A stretch of 64,000 bases of DNA from Candidatus Marinacidobacterales bacterium (GTDB lineage: Bacteria > Acidobacteriota > Vicinamibacteria > Marinacidobacterales > SMYC01): contig OZ250169.1 in assembly GCA_965237955.1 (NCBI GenBank), positions 6,240,001 through 6,304,000 on the forward strand. The letters run 5' to 3'. The notes below the pieces were generated by a model, which saw only the letters and a program-made list of their open reading frames with translations, ran no database searches and had not been told where the DNA came from. The position numbers were made by a program, and so were the translations under genes. Below, piece after piece: positions 39,152-52,316 of this stretch. Every line of letters starts with the position of its first letter. Position 1 is the stretch's first letter.

Positions 39152-39967
39152 TCAGTCAGTATCTTCACGGCCGCGTTTGATGATCACACCCCGCTCGGAC
39201 GACCTCACAAAATCGATGAGCGTACGAACGTCTTCGTTGTCCTGAGACTCCTGGAGCTCGAGCTTGCTCATCGCCTGCGATACGTTGAGGTTCGACTGCT
39301 GTAGCACGCGGAACGCCCAGCGAATCTTGTCGACACGATCCCGGGGAAACTCATGACGCTCGAGGCCGATGGTATTCACCCCGTACAGACAAGCACGGTT
39401 CCCCACCGTCTTCGAGAACGGGAGTACGTCCTTGGTCACGACGGTGTAGCCGCCGATAAACGCGTACATCCCCACGCGGCAAAACTGATGGACACCGCTG
39501 AAGGCACTCACGATAGCGTTATCAGCCACGCTCACATGGCCACCGAGCGTCGCACCGTTACCGAAGATCGTCGAATTCCCGATGACGCAATCGTGGGCGA
39601 TGTGGGTATACGCCATGAACAGGTTCTTGTTGCCGATGGCGGTGCGACTGCCGCCGAGAGCGGTTCCCCGGTGGACGGTGACGAACTCGCGAAAGACGTT
39701 GTCGTTTCCGATCTCGAGCGTCGACACCTCGCCTTTGAATTTCAAATCCTGTGGCTCGAGCCCAATCGACGAGAACGGAAAAATGCGGCACCTTTCTCCG
39801 ATGCGCGTGTAGCCGTCGATCACCGCGCTCGCTTCTATTACGGTTCCTCGACCGAGGTGAACGTGCTCGCCGATGACACAGTAAGGGCCGACCCGCACAC
39901 CGTCTTCGAGACGGGCGCCCTCGTGGATCACTGCAGTGGGATGGCAATCGACGGTTGCCGTTTTCAT
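39152..39967 (-). CDS. lpxA: UDP-N-acetylglucosamine acyltransferase
   Basis: Hexapeptide repeats, [20 protein letters not shown]. Confidence 0.95.
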   Translation of the reverse strand: MKTATVDCHPTAVIHEGARLEDGVRVGPYCVIGEHVHLGRGTVIEASAVIDGYTRIGERCRIFPFSSIGLEPQDLKFKGEVSTLEIGNDNVFREFVTVHRGTALGGSRTAIGNKNLFMAYTHIAHDCVIGNSTIFGNGATLGGHVSVADNAIVSAFSGVHQFCRVGMYAFIGGYTVVTKDVLPFSKTVGNRACLYGVNTIGLERHEFPRDRVDKIRWAFRVLQQSNLNVSQAMSKLELQESQDNEDVRTLIDFVRSSERGVIIKRGREDTD

Positions 39968-40404
39968 GTTGGGTCCACTCCGGCCAACGTGAGCTCTGCT
40001 TCTGCCGCGATCTGGCCATCGACTTCGGCTCTTCCGGCGAGCCTTCGGAAATTACCGCGCGCTCTGGACAGACTGACGTGGATCTCGAGGCGATCTCCGG
40101 GAACGACCGTACGCCGGAACTTCGCGTGCTCGATGCCCACCAGGTAGAATTCCTTCCCCGCCCCGCTACCGTCCTCGGGCATGACCAAGAGCCCTCCCGC
40201 CTGGGCGATGGCCTCGAGAATGAGGACACCCGGCATCACCGGCAAACCGGGAAAGTGCCCCTGGAAAAACTCCTCGTTGATGGTGACGTTTTTGACGGCA
40301 ACGATCCGCTCGTCGGGCTCGAGCTCGAGAACGCGGTCCAGCATCAGCAGCGGATACCGATGCGGCAGCCGCTCCATGATCCACTGGATGTCCTTGTCGG
40401 GCAT
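39964..40404 (-). CDS. fabZ: 3-hydroxyacyl-ACP dehydratase
   Basis: [27 protein letters not shown]. Confidence 0.95.
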   Translation of the reverse strand: MPDKDIQWIMERLPHRYPLLMLDRVLELEPDERIVAVKNVTINEEFFQGHFPGLPVMPGVLILEAIAQAGGLLVMPEDGSGAGKEFYLVGIEHAKFRRTVVPGDRLEIHVSLSRARGNFRRLAGRAEVDGQIAAEAELTLAGVDPT

Positions 40405-40447
40405 CAGCGTTTGTTGATCAGTCCGTCACAAAACGTAGCGTTCGCGG

Positions 40448-41050
40448 TTACTTCGGGTTGGCGTCCCCGCCTCCACCGGCGGGCGGCGTGGCCTCATCCA
40501 GCTTCTGGACGATGAGAGGACTGATGTCGAGAGATGGATCGAGCACGAACGTCAATCCAGGCGTTGCGCGAAAAATCAACCCAATGCCCTGCTCCTTAGC
40601 CACAGCCTCGACGATCGGAGCGAGCTTCTCCTGAAACTTCGCTTCGCCGTCCTGTCGCTTCGCTTCGAACGCCGCCTGGGCATCCTCGAGCCAACGCTGA
40701 GCGTCGGTGGTCTTGCGCTCGACGTCACGCTGGAGGCGCACCCTCGCATCCTGCGAGAGGATCTCGGAGTTAAACTTGGCCTGCATGTCCCCGATTTCCT
40801 GCTGGAGGCGAGTGCTCTCCTCTTGCAACTTCTCGTTCTCGGTCCGGAGCTCCTCGAAGAGCGCTTTGCCTTCCTTCGACTCAGCCGCGATCAGTTCGAT
40901 ATCGATCACCGCGATCTTGGTGTTGGCGCCGGTTGGACTCGTCACCGTGGCGCCGGCGGTTTGAGATCCGGCCGTCTGTCCGGCCTCTCCGACGACGAGG
41001 CCCGGGACAAGCACCAAAGCGGCCACGCCTGCCACTTTCAATAGCTTCAT
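40448..41050 (-). CDS. skp: OmpH/Skp periplasmic chaperone
   Basis: Signal peptide, KIAVID, coiled coil; after bamA; start re-set to MKLLK. Confidence 0.88.
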   Translation of the reverse strand: MKLLKVAGVAALVLVPGLVVGEAGQTAGSQTAGATVTSPTGANTKIAVIDIELIAAESKEGKALFEELRTENEKLQEESTRLQQEIGDMQAKFNSEILSQDARVRLQRDVERKTTDAQRWLEDAQAAFEAKRQDGEAKFQEKLAPIVEAVAKEQGIGLIFRATPGLTFVLDPSLDISPLIVQKLDEATPPAGGGGDANPK

Positions 41051-41081
41051 GGTTGATGTTACTCCTTCATGCCAAGGGGGA

Positions 41082-43499
41082 TTAAAAGGTTGTACCAATA
41101 CCGAACCGGAACGCGGTTGCTGGCTGCAACGCGTCGCGGTGGGGATTATAGGCCCAAATCAAACGGAATGGAACGTTCAGCATCGGAACGAAAAACCGCA
41201 TCTCCGCGCCCGTCGACGTTCTGAGGTCACGAAACATCGAAAGGCTCCACGAGTCCGTCTCGAGATAGGCCTGGCCGGCGTCGAAGAAGAGCACGGCGCG
41301 AAGCGGGCCGGCGATAGGGATGTAGTACTCGACGTTGAAGAGCATCATTTTGGTGCCGCCGAGGAATGCACCGTTTTCGCCGCGCGGTCCCACGGTTCGG
41401 ATATCGTAGCCTCGAATTTGATTCTCACCGCCGAGGAAGAACCGCTCGAAAAAAGGAATGCCGGTCTTCTCGACATCGAAAATGAGATTGCCGTCATCTG
41501 TGCGCGGATTGAAGTCCGGCGGAAGTTCTGTCGTCCCCTTGAGCCACGACACCATGGCCCGGAAGCCGAAGTTCGTGGTGCGGCTGACGGGCACATACCA
41601 GATTCCCTCGAACGTGGGCTTGTAGTAGTTGACGGTGCCGCCCAGGACTCCGCCGGCCACGGCGAAGCTGGTCGTATACTGCTTGCCCTTGAAAGGGTAC
41701 AGCGGGTTGTCGGTCGTGTTGTGCACGAACGACGGGGTGACTTTGCTCGAGATGAAATTACCCTGGATGCCGAAAAAGCGAGGGTCGAAAAAGATGGGGT
41801 TGGTGTATAAATCGGCGATTCTAGGGACCAAGTCGGGATCGGGGTCGGATGTCGTGATAACCGAGTAATTGTAGTTCAAGAACAATCGCGAGAACCGCTT
41901 GACCGGGATGCCCCAAATGAGACCCGCCCCAGTGTCTTCGCGCGTGAATTGCGGGAGTCGCAGCGTGCGTTTGAACACGTTGAAGCCCATGGTGATGGGT
42001 TTGTCCATGAAATAGGGATCGGTCAACGCAATCTGGAAGTTCCGCGTCCGGGCACCGGTTACCACTGAGAACGACGCCGTCTCTCCGCGTCCCATGAAGT
42101 TCGTCGTCGAAAACCCCACGTTGATGAACGCACCCTCGAGCCCCGACACACCGCCACCGAAGTTGAACTGGTTGCGGTTTTGCTCCGCGAGCCGGAGAGT
42201 CACGTTGAGCTTGGTCTCTTCGCCTTCGACCGGTTCGATTTCAGGCTCCTGGATCGGCTGGAAGTACCCGAGCTGGTTGATGCGCTGAATGGACATCTTC
42301 AGGAGCTCCATGTTCATGACGTCCTGCTCGTTCAGAAACATCTCACGGCGAATGACCTTGTCTCGGGTCGTGGTATTCCCTTTGAACTCGATCAAGTTCA
42401 CGAAATACTGCTCGTCTTCGTTGAGGTTGATGGTGACGTTCACGAGGTCGGTATCGGGCACCGGCTCTTTGATAGGAAACCCGGTGAACTGGATGAAGCC
42501 GCGCGCACCGTAGAGCTCTCTGAGCTTCTCGAGCCCCTTCGTCACCTTGGACTCGTCGTAAATCTCCCCCGGCACCATCTTGAAGTAGCTCTTGACGAAC
42601 TCGGCCGGCAGTGTCTCGGCGCCCTCCACTTCGACGTTTCCGACGCGATACTGTTTTCCCTCGACCACGGGAATGGTCATCCGAAGCCACCGCCGCGGCT
42701 TCTTCCAGAATAAGAAGGAGCGCGAATACCCGTCTTCGTACTCCATTTTTGGAGGTCCGAACGAAACATCGACGAAGCCGTTGTTGAGGTAAATCTCACG
42801 AACGGCCTCGATGTCGGTGGCGTACTGCTCTTCGGTGTAGGTGCTACCGCCCATGAGAGACCCGAGAAAGTGACTCTCCTTGGTCTTTTTCATTCCCCAG
42901 CGGAGCCGCCAGTCGTCGAAGTTCTCGAGGCCTTCGAAATGGATCTCTTTGATCCGAATCTTTTGCTCGTCCTTGATGTCGAACACGACTTTCACGCCGC
43001 CGGCGTCGAGGACGTCCACGCGGCTGGTCACGCTGCCGTCGGTTCTTCCCTTGTCGATCAGCATGGCGCGGATGATGTTCTCGACTTTGACTACTTTTGC
43101 GGGGTCATAGAACGATTCGATGGGGATTTCTGCATTTTCTTCTTCGAGCTTCTCAGTAATCGAAGAGGCGCTGAGCTCTTTCGAGCCCACGAAATCGAGC
43201 GCTTGCACTCTCGGCCGCTCGACCAAGGTGTAGGTGACGATCTTGCCTCGCTCGCCATCGGTGACGTCGAGGGTGAGGTCGTCGAGGAACTCGGTCCCCC
43301 ACAACGCACGAAAATCACGCAGCGCGTCGTCGCGGTCGTACGGATCTCCGACCTTTTGCGCAATGTGATTCAGATAGGTTTCGGTAACGATGATTTCGTT
43401 TCCTATTATCTCGATACGCTCGATGTTGTCTCGTTGCGCAAACGAAGACAGCGGGAAGGCGAGAAACAAGAAAATGCTGAGGAAACGCATGTTGGGCAT
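41082..43499 (-). CDS. bamA: Outer membrane protein assembly factor BamA
   Basis: POTRA repeats (GNTTTRDKVIRRE), IRGY motif, C-terminal Phe. Confidence 0.95.
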   Translation of the reverse strand: MPNMRFLSIFLFLAFPLSSFAQRDNIERIEIIGNEIIVTETYLNHIAQKVGDPYDRDDALRDFRALWGTEFLDDLTLDVTDGERGKIVTYTLVERPRVQALDFVGSKELSASSITEKLEEENAEIPIESFYDPAKVVKVENIIRAMLIDKGRTDGSVTSRVDVLDAGGVKVVFDIKDEQKIRIKEIHFEGLENFDDWRLRWGMKKTKESHFLGSLMGGSTYTEEQYATDIEAVREIYLNNGFVDVSFGPPKMEYEDGYSRSFLFWKKPRRWLRMTIPVVEGKQYRVGNVEVEGAETLPAEFVKSYFKMVPGEIYDESKVTKGLEKLRELYGARGFIQFTGFPIKEPVPDTDLVNVTINLNEDEQYFVNLIEFKGNTTTRDKVIRREMFLNEQDVMNMELLKMSIQRINQLGYFQPIQEPEIEPVEGEETKLNVTLRLAEQNRNQFNFGGGVSGLEGAFINVGFSTTNFMGRGETASFSVVTGARTRNFQIALTDPYFMDKPITMGFNVFKRTLRLPQFTREDTGAGLIWGIPVKRFSRLFLNYNYSVITTSDPDPDLVPRIADLYTNPIFFDPRFFGIQGNFISSKVTPSFVHNTTDNPLYPFKGKQYTTSFAVAGGVLGGTVNYYKPTFEGIWYVPVSRTTNFGFRAMVSWLKGTTELPPDFNPRTDDGNLIFDVEKTGIPFFERFFLGGENQIRGYDIRTVGPRGENGAFLGGTKMMLFNVEYYIPIAGPLRAVLFFDAGQAYLETDSWSLSMFRDLRTSTGAEMRFFVPMLNVPFRLIWAYNPHRDALQPATAFRFGIGTTF

Positions 43500-43514
43500 T
43501 GCTGATTCCTTGTT

Positions 43515-45956
<2,442 letters not shown>

Positions 45957-45982
45957 GTCCTCCACCCGAACTGCTGCTAGGC

Positions 45983-45991
45983 ATTATATCA
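45983..45991 (-). promoter_or_regulatory. Extended -10 promoter for clpC
   Basis: TGATATAAT; GGAGG RBS downstream. Confidence 0.6.
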
Positions 45992-46082
45992 CACGCGGCT
46001 AAATCATTGCGTGGGTTGGGGTTCAAGCTTTCCGATGCCCGTTGCATCGTTGAAAGCATAGCATTAATCATGCGTTTCATAC

Positions 46083-46107
46083 CAGCCATCGGCCATCGGC
46101 CATCAGC
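46083..46107. repeat. Heptamer array (CRGCCAT)x3.5 overlapping the lolD stop
   Basis: cagccat cggccat cggccat cagc. Confidence 0.8.
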
Positions 46108-46789
46108 CTGAACTCACTTTGCCATCTTCCATGTATAGGACTCGATCGCAGTCGGAGGCGGTGGCTTCGCTGTGAGTGACGATCACTGAAGTCAGCCCGC
46201 GGTTGTCGTGAAGCTCGCGGAAGAGAGCAATGAGCTCGTTACTGTTGCGAGTGTCCAAGTTTCCGGTGGGCTCATCAGCGAGGATCAGGCCGGGCTCGGC
46301 GACAAGGGCGCGAGCGACGGCGACCCGCTGCTGCTCCCCGCCGGAAAGCTGCGCGGGCCGGTGCGCGATTCTCTCGCCGAGCCCAAACTCGGACAACAGA
46401 GCGTTGGCACGCCGGAACGCGTCCTTCTCGTCGCGCTTCGCGATCAAAAGCGGCATGGCAACGTTCTCCGAAGCGGTGAACTCCGGCAAGAGGTGATGAA
46501 ACTGAAAGATGAACCCGATGCTCTCGTTCCGAAGCCGGTCTCGAGCCTCCTCGTCCAGGTTAAACACGTCCTGGCTCCCGAGAAGAACGGTCCCCGCGTC
46601 AGGGACATCGAGCGTCCCGAGACAGTGCATGAGCGTGCTCTTCCCGACACCCGAAGCCCCCACGATAGCGACCATCTCCCCCTGCTCAACGCTGATATCG
46701 ACACCGCGAAGCACTTCGACGCTCCGCTCATCCGAGCGATAACTCTTCCGAAGCCCGGTCGCCCGAATCAGCGGCTCAGCCACACCCAA
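46103..46789 (-). CDS. lolD: Lipoprotein-releasing ABC transporter ATPase
   Basis: [35 protein letters not shown]. Confidence 0.92.
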   Translation of the reverse strand: MGVAEPLIRATGLRKSYRSDERSVEVLRGVDISVEQGEMVAIVGASGVGKSTLMHCLGTLDVPDAGTVLLGSQDVFNLDEEARDRLRNESIGFIFQFHHLLPEFTASENVAMPLLIAKRDEKDAFRRANALLSEFGLGERIAHRPAQLSGGEQQRVAVARALVAEPGLILADEPTGNLDTRNSNELIALFRELHDNRGLTSVIVTHSEATASDCDRVLYMEDGKVSSG

Positions 46790-46818
46790 AGCTCCGCGCC
46801 ACAGTACAACGAAAACCT

Positions 46819-46846
46819 GCTGATGGCTTATGGCCGATGGCCGATG
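46819..46846. repeat. Heptamer array (GCYGATG)x4 between lolE and lolD
   Basis: gctgatg gcttatg gccgatg gccgatg; inverted relative to 46083-46107. Confidence 0.8.
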
Positions 46847-46852
46847 CCTGCC

Positions 46853-48121
46853 TCATTCAAATCTTAACGCTTCCGTGATCACGAGCTGCGCTGCCCGTCG
46901 CGCCGGATAAAGCGTCGCCAGGAAACAGATCAGCGGCGCAGCAAAAACCACCAGCAGGAAGTCCGCGGGCAGCAGCTTGAAGGGTACCCACGCTACCTGG
47001 TAGACGTCTTCCGGGATCGTAACCAACCGGTAGTGGTCCAAGACCCACGAGACCGTCACCCCGAGAGCGGCACCGATCAGCGTGCCCACGACGCCGATGA
47101 TCGCGCCCTGCAGCATGAAGATGCGCATGATGCTCTTCGCGCTCGCCCCCATCGAGCGCAGGATCGCGATATCGCGGGTCTTGTTCATGACGATCATGAT
47201 CTGACTCGCGACGATATTGAGGGCGGCCACTCCGACGATGAAACTGATGAATATCGTCGTGACCATCTTTTCGAGCCAGAACGCGGAGAACAAACTTGCG
47301 TTCGTCTCTTTCCAATTCATCGAGCCGTACTCTGAGCCGAGGGCCTTCATCGCTTCTATCTCGATCGCTTCCACACCGAACAGATCACGCACCTTCGTCT
47401 CGACGTACATCGCCTCGTCGCCGACGCCGAGCAGCCGCTGCGCTTCGGGGAGATGGAGAAGCGCCCACGAATTGTCGAAATTGTAGAGACCGAGACGAAA
47501 GATACCGACGACACGAAAGCTCCTCGTACGCGGGATCATCCCGAACGGCGTCAGATGTCCTTCGGGCGTCGTCACCTTGATGACGTCACCGATGAAGACG
47601 CCGAGCGTCATCGCCAGCTCATCACCGACGACGATACCGGGAGGCGTTTTTTCCGGGTCCGTGCTATCGTCCTTCGGCTCGACCAAGCGCGTCAATCCCA
47701 TCAGTCCCATCAGTCCCCCGGCCATCATCTTCTGCCCGAACTCCGTCACCGTCGCTTCCTGCATCGGCTCGATCCCCTTCAACGTGACCAGACCCGTTCC
47801 CGTTGCGCTCGAAACCAGCGCCTTGCCGTAGAGGACGGGTGCGGCACCTTCGATCCCGTCGATGCCACCGAGCTTTGCGATGACCGCACGATAGTCGTTG
47901 AACGGTTCGCCCCCGCCCTTGTAGATGCTCAAGTGAGAGGCAGCGCCGAGAATGCGCGAGCGGAGCTCACCTTGAAAGCCGGTCAAGATCGCAAGCGCGA
48001 TCAAGAGGATCATCACGCCGACGATGACGCCGAGCGTCGAGATCGTAGAAATCACCGAGATGAAAAGCTGGCGTCTCTGAGCAATCAGATACCTGAGGGC
48101 GATCCGAAGCTCGAACGACAC
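46853..48121 (-). CDS. lolE: Lipoprotein-releasing ABC transporter permease (LolC/E)
   Basis: FELRIALRYL, KTRDIAILRSMGA, ATLYPARRAA. Confidence 0.9.
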   Translation of the reverse strand: MSFELRIALRYLIAQRRQLFISVISTISTLGVIVGVMILLIALAILTGFQGELRSRILGAASHLSIYKGGGEPFNDYRAVIAKLGGIDGIEGAAPVLYGKALVSSATGTGLVTLKGIEPMQEATVTEFGQKMMAGGLMGLMGLTRLVEPKDDSTDPEKTPPGIVVGDELAMTLGVFIGDVIKVTTPEGHLTPFGMIPRTRSFRVVGIFRLGLYNFDNSWALLHLPEAQRLLGVGDEAMYVETKVRDLFGVEAIEIEAMKALGSEYGSMNWKETNASLFSAFWLEKMVTTIFISFIVGVAALNIVASQIMIVMNKTRDIAILRSMGASAKSIMRIFMLQGAIIGVVGTLIGAALGVTVSWVLDHYRLVTIPEDVYQVAWVPFKLLPADFLLVVFAAPLICFLATLYPARRAAQLVITEALRFE

Positions 48122-48122
48122 G

Positions 48123-49651
<1,529 letters not shown>

Positions 49652-49652
<1 letters not shown>

Positions 49653-50071
49653 TATCGGCTCTCCGAAGCTCCTTCGATGCTGGTACACACGGCGTCGAGC
49701 ACACCGTTGACAAAGCTTACCGCGTCCGGCGCGGAGAAACGCTTCGTCACCTCGAGCGCTTCGTTGATGACGACGCTCTTGGGAGTCTCCGTCTCCATGA
49801 GCTCGTAGATCGCGACCCTGAGAATGTTGCGATCCACCGTCGCCATCCGACCCAGACGCCAGCTATCGGATTGTTGCGAGATGTTGGCGTCGATATCATC
49901 GATGCGTCGGATCGCACCTTCGGCGAGAGCGTGCGCAAACGTGCGCGCCTCCTCACCTGCGTTTTGCAGTACACCCATGGACTCGACGATCTTGTCGAGC
50001 GGCTCGCGGGTCACATCCCACTGATAGAGCATTTGGAGCGCCAGCTCGCGACCTTTTCTCCGCGCACCCAC
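49652..50071 (-). CDS. nusB: Transcription antitermination factor NusB
   Basis: RRKGRELALQMLYQ, VDRNILR, FVNGVLD. Confidence 0.95.
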
Positions 50072-50073
50072 GA

Positions 50074-50556
50074 CTATTCAGCACCCAGGCGAGAGTAGAG
50101 CTCGGCCATTTCGACGGCGGCGAGTGCCGCGTCGTAGCCCTTGTTGCCCTTGTTGTTGGCCGCTTTGCCGGCGCGCTCGAGAGCTTGTTCCATGTTCTCC
50201 GTCGTCAGCAACGCATTCGTCATCGGCACACTGGTTAGAAGCGAAGCTTCAACCAGAGCGGTGGTCACGCTCGCGCTCAAATAGTCCCAGTGGGGTGTCC
50301 CGCCTTTGACGATGGCGCCGAGACAGACGACACCAGCGACCCGACCCGTTTCCGCCAAACGCTTCGCCGCAAGTGGCATTTCGAACGCACCAGGGACTCT
50401 GACGACTTCGATGTCGTCGGCATCGACGTGGGCGCGGCGGAGCGCTTCGAGAGCTCCTTCGAGGAGCTTGTCGGTAACGGTGCTATTGAACCGCGCGACG
50501 ACGATACCGAAGCGTCGGCCCTTACCGTTTGGCTTGCCTTCCCAGATCTTGGTCAC
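50074..50556 (-). CDS. ribH: 6,7-dimethyl-8-ribityllumazine synthase
   Basis: IVVARFN, VPGAFE, NKGYDAA; start re-set to GTG 50556. Confidence 0.92.
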   Translation of the reverse strand: MTKIWEGKPNGKGRRFGIVVARFNSTVTDKLLEGALEALRRAHVDADDIEVVRVPGAFEMPLAAKRLAETGRVAGVVCLGAIVKGGTPHWDYLSASVTTALVEASLLTSVPMTNALLTTENMEQALERAGKAANNKGNKGYDAALAAVEMAELYSRLGAE

Positions 50557-50574
50557 GTTACTGGCATACTCGAC

Positions 50575-50659
50575 GTACTCGTAGAAGCCCCGCCCGGATT
50601 TCTTGCCGAGGTGTACGGCTAGCAGCATAAACCACGCCGACTTTTTTTATCTCGGTCAC
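50575..50659 (-). pseudogene. Internally deleted 3-hydroxybutyryl-CoA dehydrogenase remnant
   Basis: GTG-coupled MTEIKKVGVV joined, in a shifted frame, to MLLAVHLGKKSGRGFYEY. Confidence 0.72.
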
Positions 50660-51030
50660 TTGCGATCTCCTCCGACGCACCAAAATAGACTGAGCGCGAC
50701 CCCGGCAAGCAAGGTGCCCACGCCGTCGTACAGCAGATCGAGCCAGCTACCTACTCGCTCGGGAACCCACGACTGGTGCCATTCGTCGCTGGCGCCGTAG
50801 GCGACGGCGATGGCGAGGCCGCCGAAAAGCGCGCGGCGCGAAGCCGGCTCGCGTAGACCTCGAGCCACGGCGCGCACGGCGAGAAGCGCCATCACGAAAT
50901 AGGCTCCCGCGTGGAGCACGACGTCGGGGGTCTCGTCGAACGCTCCCGGACGAGGTCTCGAGGAAACGAAGAATATGAACGCCATGTAGAGCCCCAGAGG
51001 TCCCCACCAGCGCCAAAACGACGCGCTCAC
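50656..51030 (-). CDS. VanZ family membrane protein
   Basis: LHAGAY, YGASDEWHQSWVPER...DLLYD. Confidence 0.88.
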   Translation of the reverse strand: MSASFWRWWGPLGLYMAFIFFVSSRPRPGAFDETPDVVLHAGAYFVMALLAVRAVARGLREPASRRALFGGLAIAVAYGASDEWHQSWVPERVGSWLDLLYDGVGTLLAGVALSLFWCVGGDRK

Positions 51031-51200
51031 GAAGGGAAGGGGTACATCAACCACCCGATGACGAAAGCCGAGCCCACGAAGCAGACGAAGGAAAAGACGG
51101 CGAACCGGAGCTGCTCTTTGCGCGTGTCGCGCATCAGGAGCGCGAACGCGATGGAGATGAGAAACGCGAAAATACCCAAAATAAGAAAATGACTCGTCAC
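51027..51200 (-). CDS. Small 2-TM protein (57 aa), not in ORF track
   Basis: MTSHFLILGIFAFLISIAFALLMRDTRKEQLRFAVFSFVCFVGSAFVIGWLMYPFPS; GTGA overlap with vanZ. Confidence 0.75.
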   Translation of the reverse strand: MTSHFLILGIFAFLISIAFALLMRDTRKEQLRFAVFSFVCFVGSAFVIGWLMYPFPS

Positions 51201-51208
51201 GGCGGTGT

Positions 51209-51616
51209 CTATTCTTTCCTACCGACCGCGATGTCGAAAACGTCGAGCACGATGAGTATGTTCAAAAGGCCAGCGACGATGAGAAACGTGTAGCCGTACT
51301 CATACGTTACCGAGGTCACGGTGCCGTCACCACGCCCTAGAAGGTCGGTGACAAAATAGGGCAAGCCCACACCGATCTCGGCCAAGCCCGCGAGCAGCCT
51401 CAACAAATCGCTTCGATCGAGCTCGACGAGCTCACCGCCCCAATAGAGCCCGAGCAGAAACAACGTCATGACGACCGCGAAGAAGATGAGGCCACGCCCG
51501 CGGCGACCGAGCATGAAGTGCCCCAGCCCGGGGACGAGCCAGCCCGACACGCACGCGGGGATCGCCGCGGCGACGTTCTCCTTCTCGTTCGCGCGCTCGC
51601 GTTGTTTTGCCGGCAT
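51209..51616 (-). CDS. Membrane protein, DUF6677-like
   Basis: WLVPGLGHFMLGRRGRG...GLLNILIVLD. Confidence 0.72.
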   Translation of the reverse strand: MPAKQRERANEKENVAAAIPACVSGWLVPGLGHFMLGRRGRGLIFFAVVMTLFLLGLYWGGELVELDRSDLLRLLAGLAEIGVGLPYFVTDLLGRGDGTVTSVTYEYGYTFLIVAGLLNILIVLDVFDIAVGRKE

Positions 51617-51647
51617 GACTCCTGATTTTAACCGATCGCGAAACTAG

Positions 51648-52268
51648 CTACAGGGTTCCGTACAAGCGATCCCCGTAGTCACCGAGGCCGGGCATGATGT
51701 ATTTTTGTTCGTTGAGCGCACGATCGACGGCCGCGGTATAGATGTCGACGCCAGGGTGGTCCTCGCCTAGGCGCTCGATGCCTTCGGGCGCGGCGACGAT
51801 GCAGAGTAGCCGCACCCTGGTCGCTCCTTGCTCCTTCAAGAGCGCCACCGCGGCGCTCGCCGAGCCTCCGGTCGCCAGCATCGGGTCGAGCAAGAACACG
51901 AACGCGCCGGAAAGATTCGGGAGTTTACGATAGTACTGTCGCGCCACCGCCGTGGATTCATCGCGTTCGAGCCCGACGTAGCCAACCGACGCTTTCGGAA
52001 AAATCGACAGCATCACGTCCAACATACCCATCCCGGCCCGTAGCACCGGAACCAGCACTACGACCGCATCGAGCCGCTTGACGTCGGTCTCTTCGAGCGG
52101 GGTGCGAACCTTGTCCGCGCGGCTCGGTAGATCGCGCGACGCGTCGAAGGCGAGAAGGGTCGTCAGCTGGCGCGAGAGCAGCCGAAAGCGCTCCGGTGGC
52201 GTCGATTGGTCCCGCAACTCGGCGAGGACTTCCGCGATGAGAGGATGCTCGACATGATGGAGCGCCAC
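51648..52268 (-). CDS. upp: Uracil phosphoribosyltransferase
   Basis: VLRAGMGM, DPMLATGGS, PGLGDYGDR. Confidence 0.95.
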   Translation of the reverse strand: MALHHVEHPLIAEVLAELRDQSTPPERFRLLSRQLTTLLAFDASRDLPSRADKVRTPLEETDVKRLDAVVVLVPVLRAGMGMLDVMLSIFPKASVGYVGLERDESTAVARQYYRKLPNLSGAFVFLLDPMLATGGSASAAVALLKEQGATRVRLLCIVAAPEGIERLGEDHPGVDIYTAAVDRALNEQKYIMPGLGDYGDRLYGTL

Positions 52269-52316
52269 GCTAACGTCCTTCCTTTCGCAAAGCTGGTATC
52301 ATCATAACCCTTCGCG

